A DNA stretch of 64,000 nucleotides. Source: Candidatus Eiseniibacteriota bacterium (lineage in GTDB: Bacteria > Eisenbacteria > RBG-16-71-46). The first letter of the stretch is position 1. Each line of letters starts with the position of its first letter. A program made the translations under genes and the position numbers. Of this stretch, positions 31,379 through 41,703 are shown piece after piece. Where the stretch lies: contig CAVUWA010000004.1 in NCBI GenBank assembly GCA_963744995.1, positions 128,001 to 192,000 on the forward strand, read 5' to 3'. The notes under the pieces were generated by a model that was given only the letters and a program-made list of their open reading frames with translations, was not told the origin of the DNA and did no database searches.

Positions 31379-34300
31379 ATGTCGCCCCGCCGGTTCGTGT
31401 TTCCGCCGCTCGCCCTCGTTGCCGTCCTGCTCGCCACTTCCGCAACCTTCGCGCTCGCGCCCGCGCCGTCGTTCGCCGCCCGCGCGCGGGCGGCAAACGT
31501 GGATCCGCTCAGCCCCGCGGGCCTCGCCGGCCTGCAGTGGCGCAACATCGGCCCGTTCCGCGGCGGCCGCGTGACCGCGGTCACGGGCGTGGTCGGGCAG
31601 CGCAACGTCTATTACTTCGGCGGCACCGGCGGCGGCGTGTGGAAGAGCGTGGACAGCGGGGTGAGCTGGCAGAACGTGACCGACGGCTACCTCGGCACCG
31701 GCTCGGTCGGCGCCGTCGCCGTCGCCGAGTCCGATCCCAACGTGGTCTACGTCGGCATGGGCGAGGGCTGCATCCGCGGCAACGTGTCGGCCGGCGACGG
31801 CGTGTACAGGTCGGTGGACGCGGGGAAGACCTGGGCGCACGTGGGCCTCGCGGACACGCGGCAGATCCCGCGCATCCGCGTGCATCCGAAGGACCCGAAC
31901 CTCGTCTACGTCGCCGCACTCGGGCACACCTTCGGCCCGAATCGCCAGCGCGGCGTGTTCCGTTCAAAGGACGGCGGGAAGACCTGGCAGAACGTACTGT
32001 TCATCAACGACAGCACGGGCGTCGTCGACCTCGCCATGGATCCCGGCAATCCGCGCGTGCTGTACGCGGCGAGCTGGCAGGTGCAGCGCACGCCGTGGAG
32101 CCTCGCGAGCGGCGGAGCGGGCAGCGGCCTGTGGAAGAGTGTGGACGGCGGCGACACCTGGCGGCGGCTCGAGGGGGAGGGGCTGCCGAAGGGCGTATGG
32201 GGCCGCGTCGGCGTGTCGGTGTCGGGCGCCAGCTCCGATCGCCTGTGGGCGGTGATCGAAGCCGACGAGGGCGGCGTGTTCCGCTCGGACGACGCCGGGC
32301 GCACGTGGACCCGGACCAACTCGGACCGCGACCTGCGCCAGCGCGCCTGGTACTACACCCATGTCCATGCGGACCCGCAGGACGCCGACGTGGTCTACGT
32401 GCAGAACGTGCGGTTCCATCGTTCCGATGACGGCGGCCGCACCTTCAAAGCGATCGCGACCCCGCACGGCGACAACCACGACCTGTGGATCGACCCGCGC
32501 GACCCGCAGCGCATGATCGAAGGCAGCGACGGCGGCGCGGTGGTGAGCTTCGACGGTGGCACGTCGTGGAGCAGCCTCGACAACCAGCCCACGGCGCAGT
32601 TCTACCATGTCATCACCAAAGACGTGTTTCCCTACCGCGTCTACGGCGCGCAGCAGGACAACAGCACCGTCGGCATCGCGAGCCGCACCGACGGCTGGGG
32701 CATCGAGCGGAGCGACTGGTGGGGCGTCGGCGGCGGCGAGAGCGGCTACATCGCGCCGAAACCAGGCGAGCGAGAGATCGTCTACGCAGGCTCTTACGGC
32801 GGTTACCTCACCCGGTTCGACAAGCGCACCGGGGAGACCCGCGACGTGAATCCGTACCCCGAGAATCCGATGGGCTGGGGCGCCGAGGGTGCGAAGTTCC
32901 GCTTCCAGTGGACGTTCCCGATCGTGATCTCGCCGCACGACCCGAACACCGTCTACGCGGGCTCCAACGTGCTGCACCGCTCCACCGACGAGGGCCAGAG
33001 CTGGCAGGTGATCAGCCCCGACCTCACCCGCAACGATCCCGCCAAGCTCGTCTCCTCGGGCGGGCCGATCACGCAGGACAACACCAGCGTCGAGTACTAC
33101 TGCACGATCTTCGCGATGGCCGAGTCGCCCGTCGAAAAGGGACTGCTGTGGGTCGGCTCGGACGACGGCCTCGTGCACGTGTCGCGCGACGCCGGCACGA
33201 GCTGGAAGAACGTGACGCCGCCCGCGCTGCCCGCGTGGAGCACGATCAGCCAGATCGATCCCGGCCCGCACGACGCCGGCACCGCGTATGTCGCGGCGAA
33301 TCGCTACAAGCTCGACGACGACCGCCCGTACGCCTACGTCACGCATGATTTCGGCAAATCATGGCGCTCGATCACCGGCGACCTGCCCGACGACGGCGGG
33401 TTCGTGCGCGTGGTGCGCGAGGACCCGGTGCGCAGGGACCTGCTCTACTGCGGTACCGAGACCGGCGCATGGTTTTCGCTCGACGCCGGCGCGCACTGGC
33501 GACCGCTGCGCGTCAACCGTCCGGGACTCATCCGGGACCTTGCCGATCCCGACGGCGAGTCGAAGGGCGCGCTGCCGCTGGTGCCGATCACCGATCTCGT
33601 CGTGCAGGGCAACGACGTGGTGGTCGCGACACAGGGCCGCGCGTTCTGGATCCTCGACGACGTGAGCCCGCTCCGGCAGGCTGCCGCGGCCGACGTGCGC
33701 GCGGACGCCGTGCTCTACGACCCCGCGCCCGCCTGTCTGTTCGGCGGCCCCGCGGTGCCGCGCCGCGACGCCGGCATGAACCCGCCGCCCGGCGCGATGA
33801 TCTACTACCGGCTCGCGAAGGAGCCGGCGAAAGGCGAAGAGGTGACGCTCGAGTTCCTCGACGCGAGTGGCGACGTGGTGCGCAAGCTCTCGAACAAAGG
33901 CGAAGGCGAAAGCGAAGGCGCCGGCGGCGGCGAGGAAGGTTTCTTCCGCCGCGGCGGGGCGACCAAGATCCCTGCCAGAGCCGGACTCAACCGCTTCACC
34001 TGGAACCTGCGCGGCGAGGACGCCAGCCGCTTCAAGGGTCTGGTCCTGTGGGGCGGCGGGCTCGAGGGTCCGCAGGTCGTACCCGGCGAGTACCGGGTGC
34101 GTCTCACCGTCGGCGGCAGGACCGAGACGCAGACGCTCGAGGTGCGCGGCGATCCGCGGCTCGCCACCACGCAGGCCGAGTATCAGGCGCGCTACGACCT
34201 GCTGAAGAAGATCCGTGACAAGCTCACCGAGACGCACGATGCGATTCAGCGGATCCGTGACGTGCGCGACCAGCTGAAGGACGCCGGCGACCGCGCACTG

Positions 34301-34657
34301 GCCGCAACGAAGGACTCGACCGTTGCGAAGGCTGCGAAGGACCTGACGAAGAAGCTCACCGCGGTCGAGGAGGCGCTCTACCAGACGAAGAATCGCAGCC
34401 GCCAGGATCCACTCAACTTCCCGATCCGGCTCAACAACAAGCTGAGCGCCCTGGTCGGCGTGGTGTCGAGCGCCTACGAGAAGCCGACGCGGCAGAGCGT
34501 GGCGGTGTACGACGACGTCGCGGGGAAAATCGACGCGCAGCTCGGAACACTGAAGACGCTGCTCGAGGAGGATCTGGCGGGCTTCAACGATCTGGTGCGC
34601 GAGAAGGACGTGCCGGCGGTGGTGGTGAAGGAGAGAGAAAAGAAGGGGCGCGGGTAG
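31379..34657 (+). CDS. Secreted BNR/sortilin (VPS10)-repeat glycosyl hydrolase-like protein
   Basis: Signal peptide, WRNIGPFRGGR, many SxDxGxTW Asp-box repeats. Confidence 0.9.
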   Translation: MSPRRFVFPPLALVAVLLATSATFALAPAPSFAARARAANVDPLSPAGLAGLQWRNIGPFRGGRVTAVTGVVGQRNVYYFGGTGGGVWKSVDSGVSWQNVTDGYLGTGSVGAVAVAESDPNVVYVGMGEGCIRGNVSAGDGVYRSVDAGKTWAHVGLADTRQIPRIRVHPKDPNLVYVAALGHTFGPNRQRGVFRSKDGGKTWQNVLFINDSTGVVDLAMDPGNPRVLYAASWQVQRTPWSLASGGAGSGLWKSVDGGDTWRRLEGEGLPKGVWGRVGVSVSGASSDRLWAVIEADEGGVFRSDDAGRTWTRTNSDRDLRQRAWYYTHVHADPQDADVVYVQNVRFHRSDDGGRTFKAIATPHGDNHDLWIDPRDPQRMIEGSDGGAVVSFDGGTSWSSLDNQPTAQFYHVITKDVFPYRVYGAQQDNSTVGIASRTDGWGIERSDWWGVGGGESGYIAPKPGEREIVYAGSYGGYLTRFDKRTGETRDVNPYPENPMGWGAEGAKFRFQWTFPIVISPHDPNTVYAGSNVLHRSTDEGQSWQVISPDLTRNDPAKLVSSGGPITQDNTSVEYYCTIFAMAESPVEKGLLWVGSDDGLVHVSRDAGTSWKNVTPPALPAWSTISQIDPGPHDAGTAYVAANRYKLDDDRPYAYVTHDFGKSWRSITGDLPDDGGFVRVVREDPVRRDLLYCGTETGAWFSLDAGAHWRPLRVNRPGLIRDLADPDGESKGALPLVPITDLVVQGNDVVVATQGRAFWILDDVSPLRQAAAADVRADAVLYDPAPACLFGGPAVPRRDAGMNPPPGAMIYYRLAKEPAKGEEVTLEFLDASGDVVRKLSNKGEGESEGAGGGEEGFFRRGGATKIPARAGLNRFTWNLRGEDASRFKGLVLWGGGLEGPQVVPGEYRVRLTVGGRTETQTLEVRGDPRLATTQAEYQARYDLLKKIRDKLTETHDAIQRIRDVRDQLKDAGDRALAATKDSTVAKAAKDLTKKLTAVEEALYQTKNRSRQDPLNFPIRLNNKLSALVGVVSSAYEKPTRQSVAVYDDVAGKIDAQLGTLKTLLEEDLAGFNDLVREKDVPAVVVKEREKKGRG

Positions 34658-34867
34658 AGCGACCGAAGCTGCGGAGCCGGCCGCTGCTCAAGTCGTCGGC
34701 AGATCCCGCATCGGGGTGTCATCGCACGATTGCTCCGGCGTCATGAGGCGGAACGCCGGCTGCAGCGAAGTCTCGACGGCCGGCAACCTCTGGTGTAGCT
34801 TTCGAGGGATCCGCATTGGCCCGCGCAGGCGGTGCAAAGCCAGAGAAGGATCAAGAGGAACACCGGC

Positions 34868-37800
34868 ATGCTGCAGACAGGGACGTCTCGGCCAGACGGT
34901 TCACGCCCTCACGGGTCGCGCCGGCGCTGCGCGCCCGCGCGCGCCCGCCGTGGCCCGTGGCCCTTCGTCGCGTTCCTCTGCATCCTCGCCTCCTGGCCCG
35001 CGACCCGGATCGAAGCGCAGGTCGTCGATCCGGAGTTCCCCGTCCCCAACGGGGCGGTCTTCGCCATGGCGCTCGACCAGGGCACCCTTTACATCGGCGG
35101 TGACTTCACGCGCATCGGGCACGCGGTCGGGAGCGCCGTGTTCGTGGATCCGCTGTCCGGCGCCGTCATGCCCGGTTTCCCCGAGGTCGTCGGGAACGTC
35201 TACGTCATCCGCCCGGATGGCTCGGGCGGCTGGTACCTCGGAGGCTCATTTACGTCCGTCGGTGGACTGCCGCGCGCCAATCTGGCGCACGTGACCTCAA
35301 CCGGCGAAGTCTCGGACTGGAATCCCGGTGTGGATGGCGAGGTCGCCGGGATCGTGGTCCATGGCACGCTGGTGTACCTGCGCGGCTCATTCTGGAGGGT
35401 CGGGGGCGAACTCCGAAACGGTCTCGCCTCGGTCCGCTCGAGCGATGGGAGCGTCACTCCGTGGGCGCCCGCCATGCCCGGGAGCGACATCAACACGCTG
35501 GTCGCCAGCGATGCCGCCGTCTATGTGGGCGGTGACTTTTACTGGTGGGAAGACCCCGCCCGCGACCATCTCGTGGCGCTCGACCCCGTCACCGCTCAAG
35601 CGCTCCCCTGGGATGCCCATGTGCCGGATGCGGTCGAAGCGCTCGTCCTGCGCGGGGACACCCTGTTCGTCGGCGGGGCGTTTCAGGATATCGGCGGCGA
35701 GGCGCGCCAGGGGCTCGCCGCGCTGAGCGCGACGACGGCCGCATTGCTTCCGTGGACCTCGTCGGCCTGGTCCAGGGTGTTCGCACTGGCCACGAGCGAC
35801 GACGCCCTCTATGTCTCCGGCCTGCGCCAGCCGGTCGGCGAACCGCCCCAGATCGACCTGACGGCGATCGATGCGGCCTCGGGGGAACCGGCCGACTGGT
35901 CTCTGACGTCCGACAATCCCGTGCTCGACCTGGCCGTGCGCGGCGGGACCCTGTACGTCGCCGGTCCGTTCGGTTCGATCGGCGGGATAGCGCGAAGCTA
36001 TGCGGCCGCCGTCGACCGGACGACGGGGGCCGTCACCACATGGAATCCGAGCCCGGACCAGTACGCGGGCGCGGTCGCTTCGGATGGGACCCGCATCTGC
36101 ATCGGCGGCAGCTTCCGGAGCCTGAAGGGGCTGCCCCGCGCGCGGCTGGCGGCGATCGACGTGGCGAGCGGCGCTGTCACGGACTGGAACCCCGGGGCAA
36201 ACGCGAGGGTGACGGCGCTTCTGGTCAATGGTCCCACCGTGTTCGCGGGCGGCTCGTTCGCTACCGTCGATGGTCAGACCAGGGTGCGGGCGGCGGCCAT
36301 CGACAAGCTGTCCGGAGCGGTCGAGCCCTGGAACCCGGGCGTGAACAACACGGTCGCGGCGCTGGCGATGTTCGGCTCCAGATTGATCCTGGCGGGCTCG
36401 TTCACCTCCATCGGCGGGTTCGGACGCGCGAAGATCGCTTCGATCGATCCGGTCACCGCCGTCGTGGACGCCTGGAATCCCGGCATCAACGGGGACGTGA
36501 ATGCGATCGCGATTCGTGACAGCACGGTCTACGCGGGCGGGTTCTTCACGCAGGCGGGCGGCCTGGCGCGCCAGCGCCTGGCTGCAATCGATGCCGTGAC
36601 CGGCGACGTCACCGCGTGGAATCCCGGGGCGACGGACAACATTCTTGGATTGGCTGCGACCGACTCCACGGTCATCGTGGCAGGCAGCTTCAACTCCATC
36701 GGTGGCCTCGCCCGGCGCTGGCTGGCCGCGGTCGATCGGCAGACCGGCCAGGTGACGCCCTGGGATCCACGGCCGAGCTTCCAGGTTCTGGCGCTCGCGC
36801 TGGACGGGCGCAATGTCATCGCGGCGGGACCATACTCGAACATCGGCGGCCGCGCGCGGTCGGGGCTGGGCGCGGTGGATGCCGGGACCGGGGACGCGAC
36901 CTCCTGGGACCCTCACCCGATGTCCACGGTTCACGTGGTCATTCCGCATGGGAGCATCGCCTACGCCGGCGGCTGGTTCACGGCCATGGGCGGCCGGCCG
37001 CAGGCGAATCTCGCTGCCATCCACTCGCTCGACCCTGAAGTCACCGTGCAGGACGTATCGCTGACGGAGGGAGACGACGGCACCAGGCTGGCGTCGTTCG
37101 TCGTGGCGCTCTCGCAGCCGGCGAGTGGTGAGGCTTCGGTCGATTTCACGACGATGGACGGGACGGCCACCACCGCCGACAGCGACTACGATTCGCTCGC
37201 CGGCAGGCTGGTGTTCCCGGCGGGCGAGACGACCCGGACGATCGACGTCGTCGTCCACGGCGACACGCTGCGGGAGGACGACGAGACGTTTTCGATTCGG
37301 CTGTCCAACCCGATCGGGGCCCAGATCCTGACGCCGGAGGCGACCGGGACGATCGTGGACGACGACCTCTATCGAGGCGGTCGCATCAATCTGTTTCGCG
37401 CATGGAGCGACGCAGGAGACGAAGTGGGGCTCGGTCGCCGCTACTTCGTTGCGACCCCGCAGGGCTCCTTCGCCGGGGGCGGCGCCGCCGAACGCGCCCG
37501 GGTGATCGCGAGCTGGGATGGCCACGTGGGCGACGCGACCTTCGCATCGCCGTTCGACGTGCCGCTGGAGCCCGGGGTGTACACGGGCGGCGCGTGGTAT
37601 CCGTATCAGTCTCCCTCGCAGCCGGGGCTGAGTGTGGCGATCGACGGCCGGCGTTGCGCGGGGGCAAACACCTCGTTCAAGGTGCGCGAAGTCCGGCGCG
37701 ACTCGCTCGGCACCGTGAACGCGTTCTGGGCCACCTTCGAGCAGCATTGCGACGGTGTGGCCCCGGCGCTGCGCGGGGAGGTCGCCTTCAACGTGGACAT

Positions 37801-39310
37801 CGCGCTGCTGGTGCGGACACCCCAGTACCGGTTCGCGCACGTCAACACCCCGGTGTCGTTCACCGTCTCGGCACTTGATGCGCGCGGCGAGCCGGTGTCG
37901 CTCGATGCGGTCGGGCTTCCTCCAGGCGCGACCTTCACCGATCACGGCGACGACACCGCCACGTTCGCCTGGCCCGGCGGATCACCCGTTCTGGATACGG
38001 TCACGGTGGCTTTCCGAGGCACGGATGCGACCGGTCACAGTTCGAGCTCGACGACCGAAATTCGGATCCACGGGCCCGACTTCGTCGCGTTCGACGGCGA
38101 TTCGGCCGACTTCGTGACGCAGGGACGCTCGTATCTGTTCCATGACGCCAACGCCACGCTGCGGAGCTGGTCCAGTGGATACGGCGCCGTGAGCGTCAGC
38201 GCCTCGGACCCGAGCCACTCGTACCAGCTGGCGTTCGCGGCTCCCGTTCCGAGAGCCCTGTCTCCCGGCCGATGGATTGCCGACCTTCGTCCCAACCCGC
38301 CGGCGATCGGACTGTCGGGGGACGGCCGCGGCTGCAATTTCAGCCGCGGCTGGTTCGACGTGCGGCAGATCGTCTACGGGCCGGCGGGCCAAGTGGAGTC
38401 GTTCTGGGCCGTGTTCGAGCGTGTCTGTAGTGATCGCGGGGAGACCTGGACACGCGGGGAGGTGCGGCTGAACGCGGACACCTCGTTGTACGTCACGCCA
38501 CCCGCGGACGCATTCATGACCGCGGGTTCCGACACGGCGCTGACCGTGCTGGCGGCCGACACACGCGGGCATCCGGTGGCGCTGTCCATGGATCAGGTTC
38601 CGCCCGATGCGACGTTCGAGGATCAGGGTAACGGGGTCGGTATCCTGCACTGGTCTTCGGTGCCCGCGATGCCCGAAACGATGACCGTGCATTTCATCGC
38701 GACGAGCAGCGCCGGGCCCGTCGTCTCGGCCCCGACGCTGCTCCACGTGGCCGACGTCGGCCAGCCGACGGCCGTGCTCTTCTCGCTCCTCGCCGCGGAC
38801 GCGACGCCGGATGCCGTGGAGCTCGAGTGGTATGCGCCTGCGGCGATGTCGGACGTCCCGGTCGTCGAACGCAGGGAAGCGACGGGCCCGTGGCGGGAAC
38901 TGGGCGAGGCGGTAGTGAGCTCGGACCATCTGACCTTCCGGGATGAAGACGTCGCCGCGGGCGAGCGCTATGCCTACCGTTTGCGCCTGACCCGCGGGGG
39001 CGAAGCCATCGTGTCCGCCGAGGCCTCGGTCGAGGTCCCGCAGTGGCGTCTGTCCCTCGCGCCTCCGCGGCCCAACCCGGTCACGGGTCCGCTGACGGCG
39101 GAATTCACGCTGCCGCGGCCGGGCGCCGCCGGGCTCTCGCTCCTCGACGTGGCGGGGCGACGCCTCGTGCACCTCGACCTCGGCCGGATGAAAGCCGGGC
39201 GACACAGCGTCCCGATCGCCGGCGCCGGGGCCTTGAGTCCGGGCCTCTACTGGCTGACACTGCGCCACGAAGGAGAGTCGCGGACGCGAACGGTGGTGGT
39301 GACCCGCTAG
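34868..39310 (+). CDS. Large secreted multidomain protein: beta-propeller repeats, Calx-beta, two Cys-pair domains, Ig-like, T9SS-like tail
   Basis: GGxFTxxGGxxRxxLAA..WNP repeats; VDFTTMDGTAT..FPAGET..EDDETF; tail PNP..LDVAGRR..GLYWL; start uncertain. Confidence 0.82.
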   Translation: MLQTGTSRPDGSRPHGSRRRCAPARARRGPWPFVAFLCILASWPATRIEAQVVDPEFPVPNGAVFAMALDQGTLYIGGDFTRIGHAVGSAVFVDPLSGAVMPGFPEVVGNVYVIRPDGSGGWYLGGSFTSVGGLPRANLAHVTSTGEVSDWNPGVDGEVAGIVVHGTLVYLRGSFWRVGGELRNGLASVRSSDGSVTPWAPAMPGSDINTLVASDAAVYVGGDFYWWEDPARDHLVALDPVTAQALPWDAHVPDAVEALVLRGDTLFVGGAFQDIGGEARQGLAALSATTAALLPWTSSAWSRVFALATSDDALYVSGLRQPVGEPPQIDLTAIDAASGEPADWSLTSDNPVLDLAVRGGTLYVAGPFGSIGGIARSYAAAVDRTTGAVTTWNPSPDQYAGAVASDGTRICIGGSFRSLKGLPRARLAAIDVASGAVTDWNPGANARVTALLVNGPTVFAGGSFATVDGQTRVRAAAIDKLSGAVEPWNPGVNNTVAALAMFGSRLILAGSFTSIGGFGRAKIASIDPVTAVVDAWNPGINGDVNAIAIRDSTVYAGGFFTQAGGLARQRLAAIDAVTGDVTAWNPGATDNILGLAATDSTVIVAGSFNSIGGLARRWLAAVDRQTGQVTPWDPRPSFQVLALALDGRNVIAAGPYSNIGGRARSGLGAVDAGTGDATSWDPHPMSTVHVVIPHGSIAYAGGWFTAMGGRPQANLAAIHSLDPEVTVQDVSLTEGDDGTRLASFVVALSQPASGEASVDFTTMDGTATTADSDYDSLAGRLVFPAGETTRTIDVVVHGDTLREDDETFSIRLSNPIGAQILTPEATGTIVDDDLYRGGRINLFRAWSDAGDEVGLGRRYFVATPQGSFAGGGAAERARVIASWDGHVGDATFASPFDVPLEPGVYTGGAWYPYQSPSQPGLSVAIDGRRCAGANTSFKVREVRRDSLGTVNAFWATFEQHCDGVAPALRGEVAFNVDIALLVRTPQYRFAHVNTPVSFTVSALDARGEPVSLDAVGLPPGATFTDHGDDTATFAWPGGSPVLDTVTVAFRGTDATGHSSSSTTEIRIHGPDFVAFDGDSADFVTQGRSYLFHDANATLRSWSSGYGAVSVSASDPSHSYQLAFAAPVPRALSPGRWIADLRPNPPAIGLSGDGRGCNFSRGWFDVRQIVYGPAGQVESFWAVFERVCSDRGETWTRGEVRLNADTSLYVTPPADAFMTAGSDTALTVLAADTRGHPVALSMDQVPPDATFEDQGNGVGILHWSSVPAMPETMTVHFIATSSAGPVVSAPTLLHVADVGQPTAVLFSLLAADATPDAVELEWYAPAAMSDVPVVERREATGPWRELGEAVVSSDHLTFRDEDVAAGERYAYRLRLTRGGEAIVSAEASVEVPQWRLSLAPPRPNPVTGPLTAEFTLPRPGAAGLSLLDVAGRRLVHLDLGRMKAGRHSVPIAGAGALSPGLYWLTLRHEGESRTRTVVVTR

Positions 39311-39378
39311 AGCGGACGCCTCACCCGGGCGCGGCACCAGGGCGGGAGACCCGGCTCGCCCGGCATCAGGAGGAGCAC

Positions 39379-40206
39379 ATGACCCCCCTCGTTTTCGTCG
39401 CCGTGATCAGCGCCGTCGCGCCGACCGCAACCGTCCGCCCGGCGGACACGCTCACCGTCGTCACGCTCAACCTGTGGCACGACCAGCACGACTGGCCGAA
39501 GCGGCTGGCGGTGATCCTGCCGCAGCTGCGCGAGATCGGTCCCGACGCGATCTGCCTGCAGGAGGTGCTGCAGCACGAGCACCTGCGGAACCAGGCCGAG
39601 ACGCTCGCCGACAGTCTCGGGATGCACGTGCACTTCACGTCCACCGACGGCCCGAAGGCGGTCAAGCGCTACGGCAACGCGATCCTCACGCGGGAGCCGA
39701 TGCTGCTCGCCGACGGGAAGAAGCTGGAGCCGTTGGATGACTACCGCACGGTCGCGCACGTGCGCATCGAGGTGGGCGGACGGCCGATCGACCTGTACGA
39801 CACGCACCTCCATCACACGCCGGAAGGCGGGGCGATCCGCGCCGAGCAGGTCCGCGACCTGCTCGCGTTCATCGATTCGACCCGCGGCGACGGTCAGGTG
39901 GTGCTCGCGGGCGACTTCAACGCGCAGCTCGATACGCCCGAGCTGCAGTTGCTCGCCCGCGACTACGACGACGTGTTCAGAGCCGTGCACCCGCATGCGA
40001 CCGCCGAGGAGGCCGTCACGTACAACCCGGTCTTCGGCATCGCGCCGGGCGCGATCGACCACGTGTTCGTGCCAAAGGAGACGTCACGGCGCCTCGAGCC
40101 CGGGCGATGCGAGATCCTGTTCAGGAGCGCGGGCCCCGACAGCGTGTGGGCGTCGGATCACTTCGGAGTGGCGGCCTGGCTCGAGATGGGGCAGGCGGGC
40201 CGGTAG
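39379..40206 (+). CDS. Endonuclease/exonuclease/phosphatase family protein
   Basis: TLNL, LQEV, GNAIL, THL, GDFN, IDHVF, SDH; AGGAG RBS. Confidence 0.9.
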   Translation: MTPLVFVAVISAVAPTATVRPADTLTVVTLNLWHDQHDWPKRLAVILPQLREIGPDAICLQEVLQHEHLRNQAETLADSLGMHVHFTSTDGPKAVKRYGNAILTREPMLLADGKKLEPLDDYRTVAHVRIEVGGRPIDLYDTHLHHTPEGGAIRAEQVRDLLAFIDSTRGDGQVVLAGDFNAQLDTPELQLLARDYDDVFRAVHPHATAEEAVTYNPVFGIAPGAIDHVFVPKETSRRLEPGRCEILFRSAGPDSVWASDHFGVAAWLEMGQAGR

Positions 40207-40347
40207 CGGGCGGGAGGTCGCGTGCCGGGCCGGGGCGGTCTCCCGGGAGACATTCGCAGGGCATGAGGACGGGCATCGGGGCCGTTCCCGGTGCTAACAT
40301 CAGCAGGTCATCCCCTGTGACCGGGCGAAGGTTCTCTCGACCGGGGC

Positions 40348-41544
40348 GTGGAGGGCGAGTTGGGCCGCCTTCGATTTCTCTTCCGGCTGCCGTTCTCAGC
40401 GGAGCGCCACCACGGGTGGTTCGCGTCCATCGCGAACCCTGCCGCGTGGCTGCTGACCGCAGCGCTTCTGCTCATCGGATCGTGCCGCCTGTTCTCGAGC
40501 GACTTCACCATCTCCGGCCGTCTCGAGAGCGGTTTCGGCTGCACGTTCCTCGCGACCGGCGGTCGCAACTACGAGCTCCTCAACTGGCGCGGCGATCTGG
40601 CGCCGCTGGGCTCATACGTCACCCTGCGCGCCCGGCCCCACGATGGCGGTTCTACCTGCATGGTCGGACCGATGGTGGAAGTCGTGCGCGTGAAGAGCGT
40701 GACGACCGGCTTCCGCACGGCGCCGGTGGTGGGGACGGAGACCTGGGGGCCCGGGCAGGACCCGATCGTGCTGGGACAGGTCGAGGTCGTCCCCGGCGCG
40801 AGGTTGAAGATCCTGCCCGGCACGACCGTTCAGATCATCGACTACGGCGAGCTGCGGGTGCGGGGCGTGCTGGAGATGGTGGGCACGAGCGGCGACTCGG
40901 TGCACTTCATCGGCCCGGGCGGCCCGGTGGTACTGGACTCGGTACAGGCGGGGACGCAGGTGGCGTACGCCTCGCTCGGGCGCCTGACCGTCACGGGCCC
41001 GAGCCCCGATCTCGAGCGCGTGACGGTGGCGTCGCTCACCGTGGTCGGCGGTTCCGTCACCCTCCGCAACGCCGTCGTTTCGGGCGCGTACGTCTACGAG
41101 GGGGCCCTGGCGGCGGAGACGGCGGAGCTCGGAATGCTGAACGGGATCTACGGCGACTTCGACGTCTCCGGCAGTACGCTGAACTCTCTGTTGCTGTCGT
41201 ATTCGCGCGCCGCGGTGACCGACAGCCGATTCACCGGAACGCGCGGCGGGGTGGTGTTCCACGGCCGGTCCTCGGGGTCGTTCGAGCGCAACACGTTCCT
41301 CGCCGACGAGACCAGAATCGAAGTGCGTCACGATTCCGACCCCGCGTTCCACCACAACGACTTCGTCGGTGCCGCCACCACGGTGATCTGCGAGTCCTAC
41401 CAGCTGTCCTCCTGCATCCACGTGGAAGAGAACTGGTGGGGGACGAGCGACGAGGCGGAGATTGCGGCGCACTTCGAACAGGGCTGCCCGGTCTGCTACG
41501 TGCCGTGGCTGACCGGACCGGCGGGGGCGCTGGCACGACGCTGA
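40348..41544 (+). CDS. Hypothetical exported protein, possible parallel beta-helix
   Basis: Hydrophobic N-terminus with LIGSC, LKILPGTTV and ENWWG motifs; start uncertain. Confidence 0.6.
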   Translation: MEGELGRLRFLFRLPFSAERHHGWFASIANPAAWLLTAALLLIGSCRLFSSDFTISGRLESGFGCTFLATGGRNYELLNWRGDLAPLGSYVTLRARPHDGGSTCMVGPMVEVVRVKSVTTGFRTAPVVGTETWGPGQDPIVLGQVEVVPGARLKILPGTTVQIIDYGELRVRGVLEMVGTSGDSVHFIGPGGPVVLDSVQAGTQVAYASLGRLTVTGPSPDLERVTVASLTVVGGSVTLRNAVVSGAYVYEGALAAETAELGMLNGIYGDFDVSGSTLNSLLLSYSRAAVTDSRFTGTRGGVVFHGRSSGSFERNTFLADETRIEVRHDSDPAFHHNDFVGAATTVICESYQLSSCIHVEENWWGTSDEAEIAAHFEQGCPVCYVPWLTGPAGALARR

Positions 41545-41703
41545 GCGGTCGAGCGCACAGGTGACGCCCGCCCCACCGTCGGAATCCCGCCCCACCGTCC
41601 GAATCCCGCCCGCCCGGCCTCTGCCCTGGTGTATGCTGCCTCGCATGTCGCCGCGTTCACACCTCTCCGTGTGTTCGGTCCGCCCGGCGCCGCCGGTTCT
41701 CCC

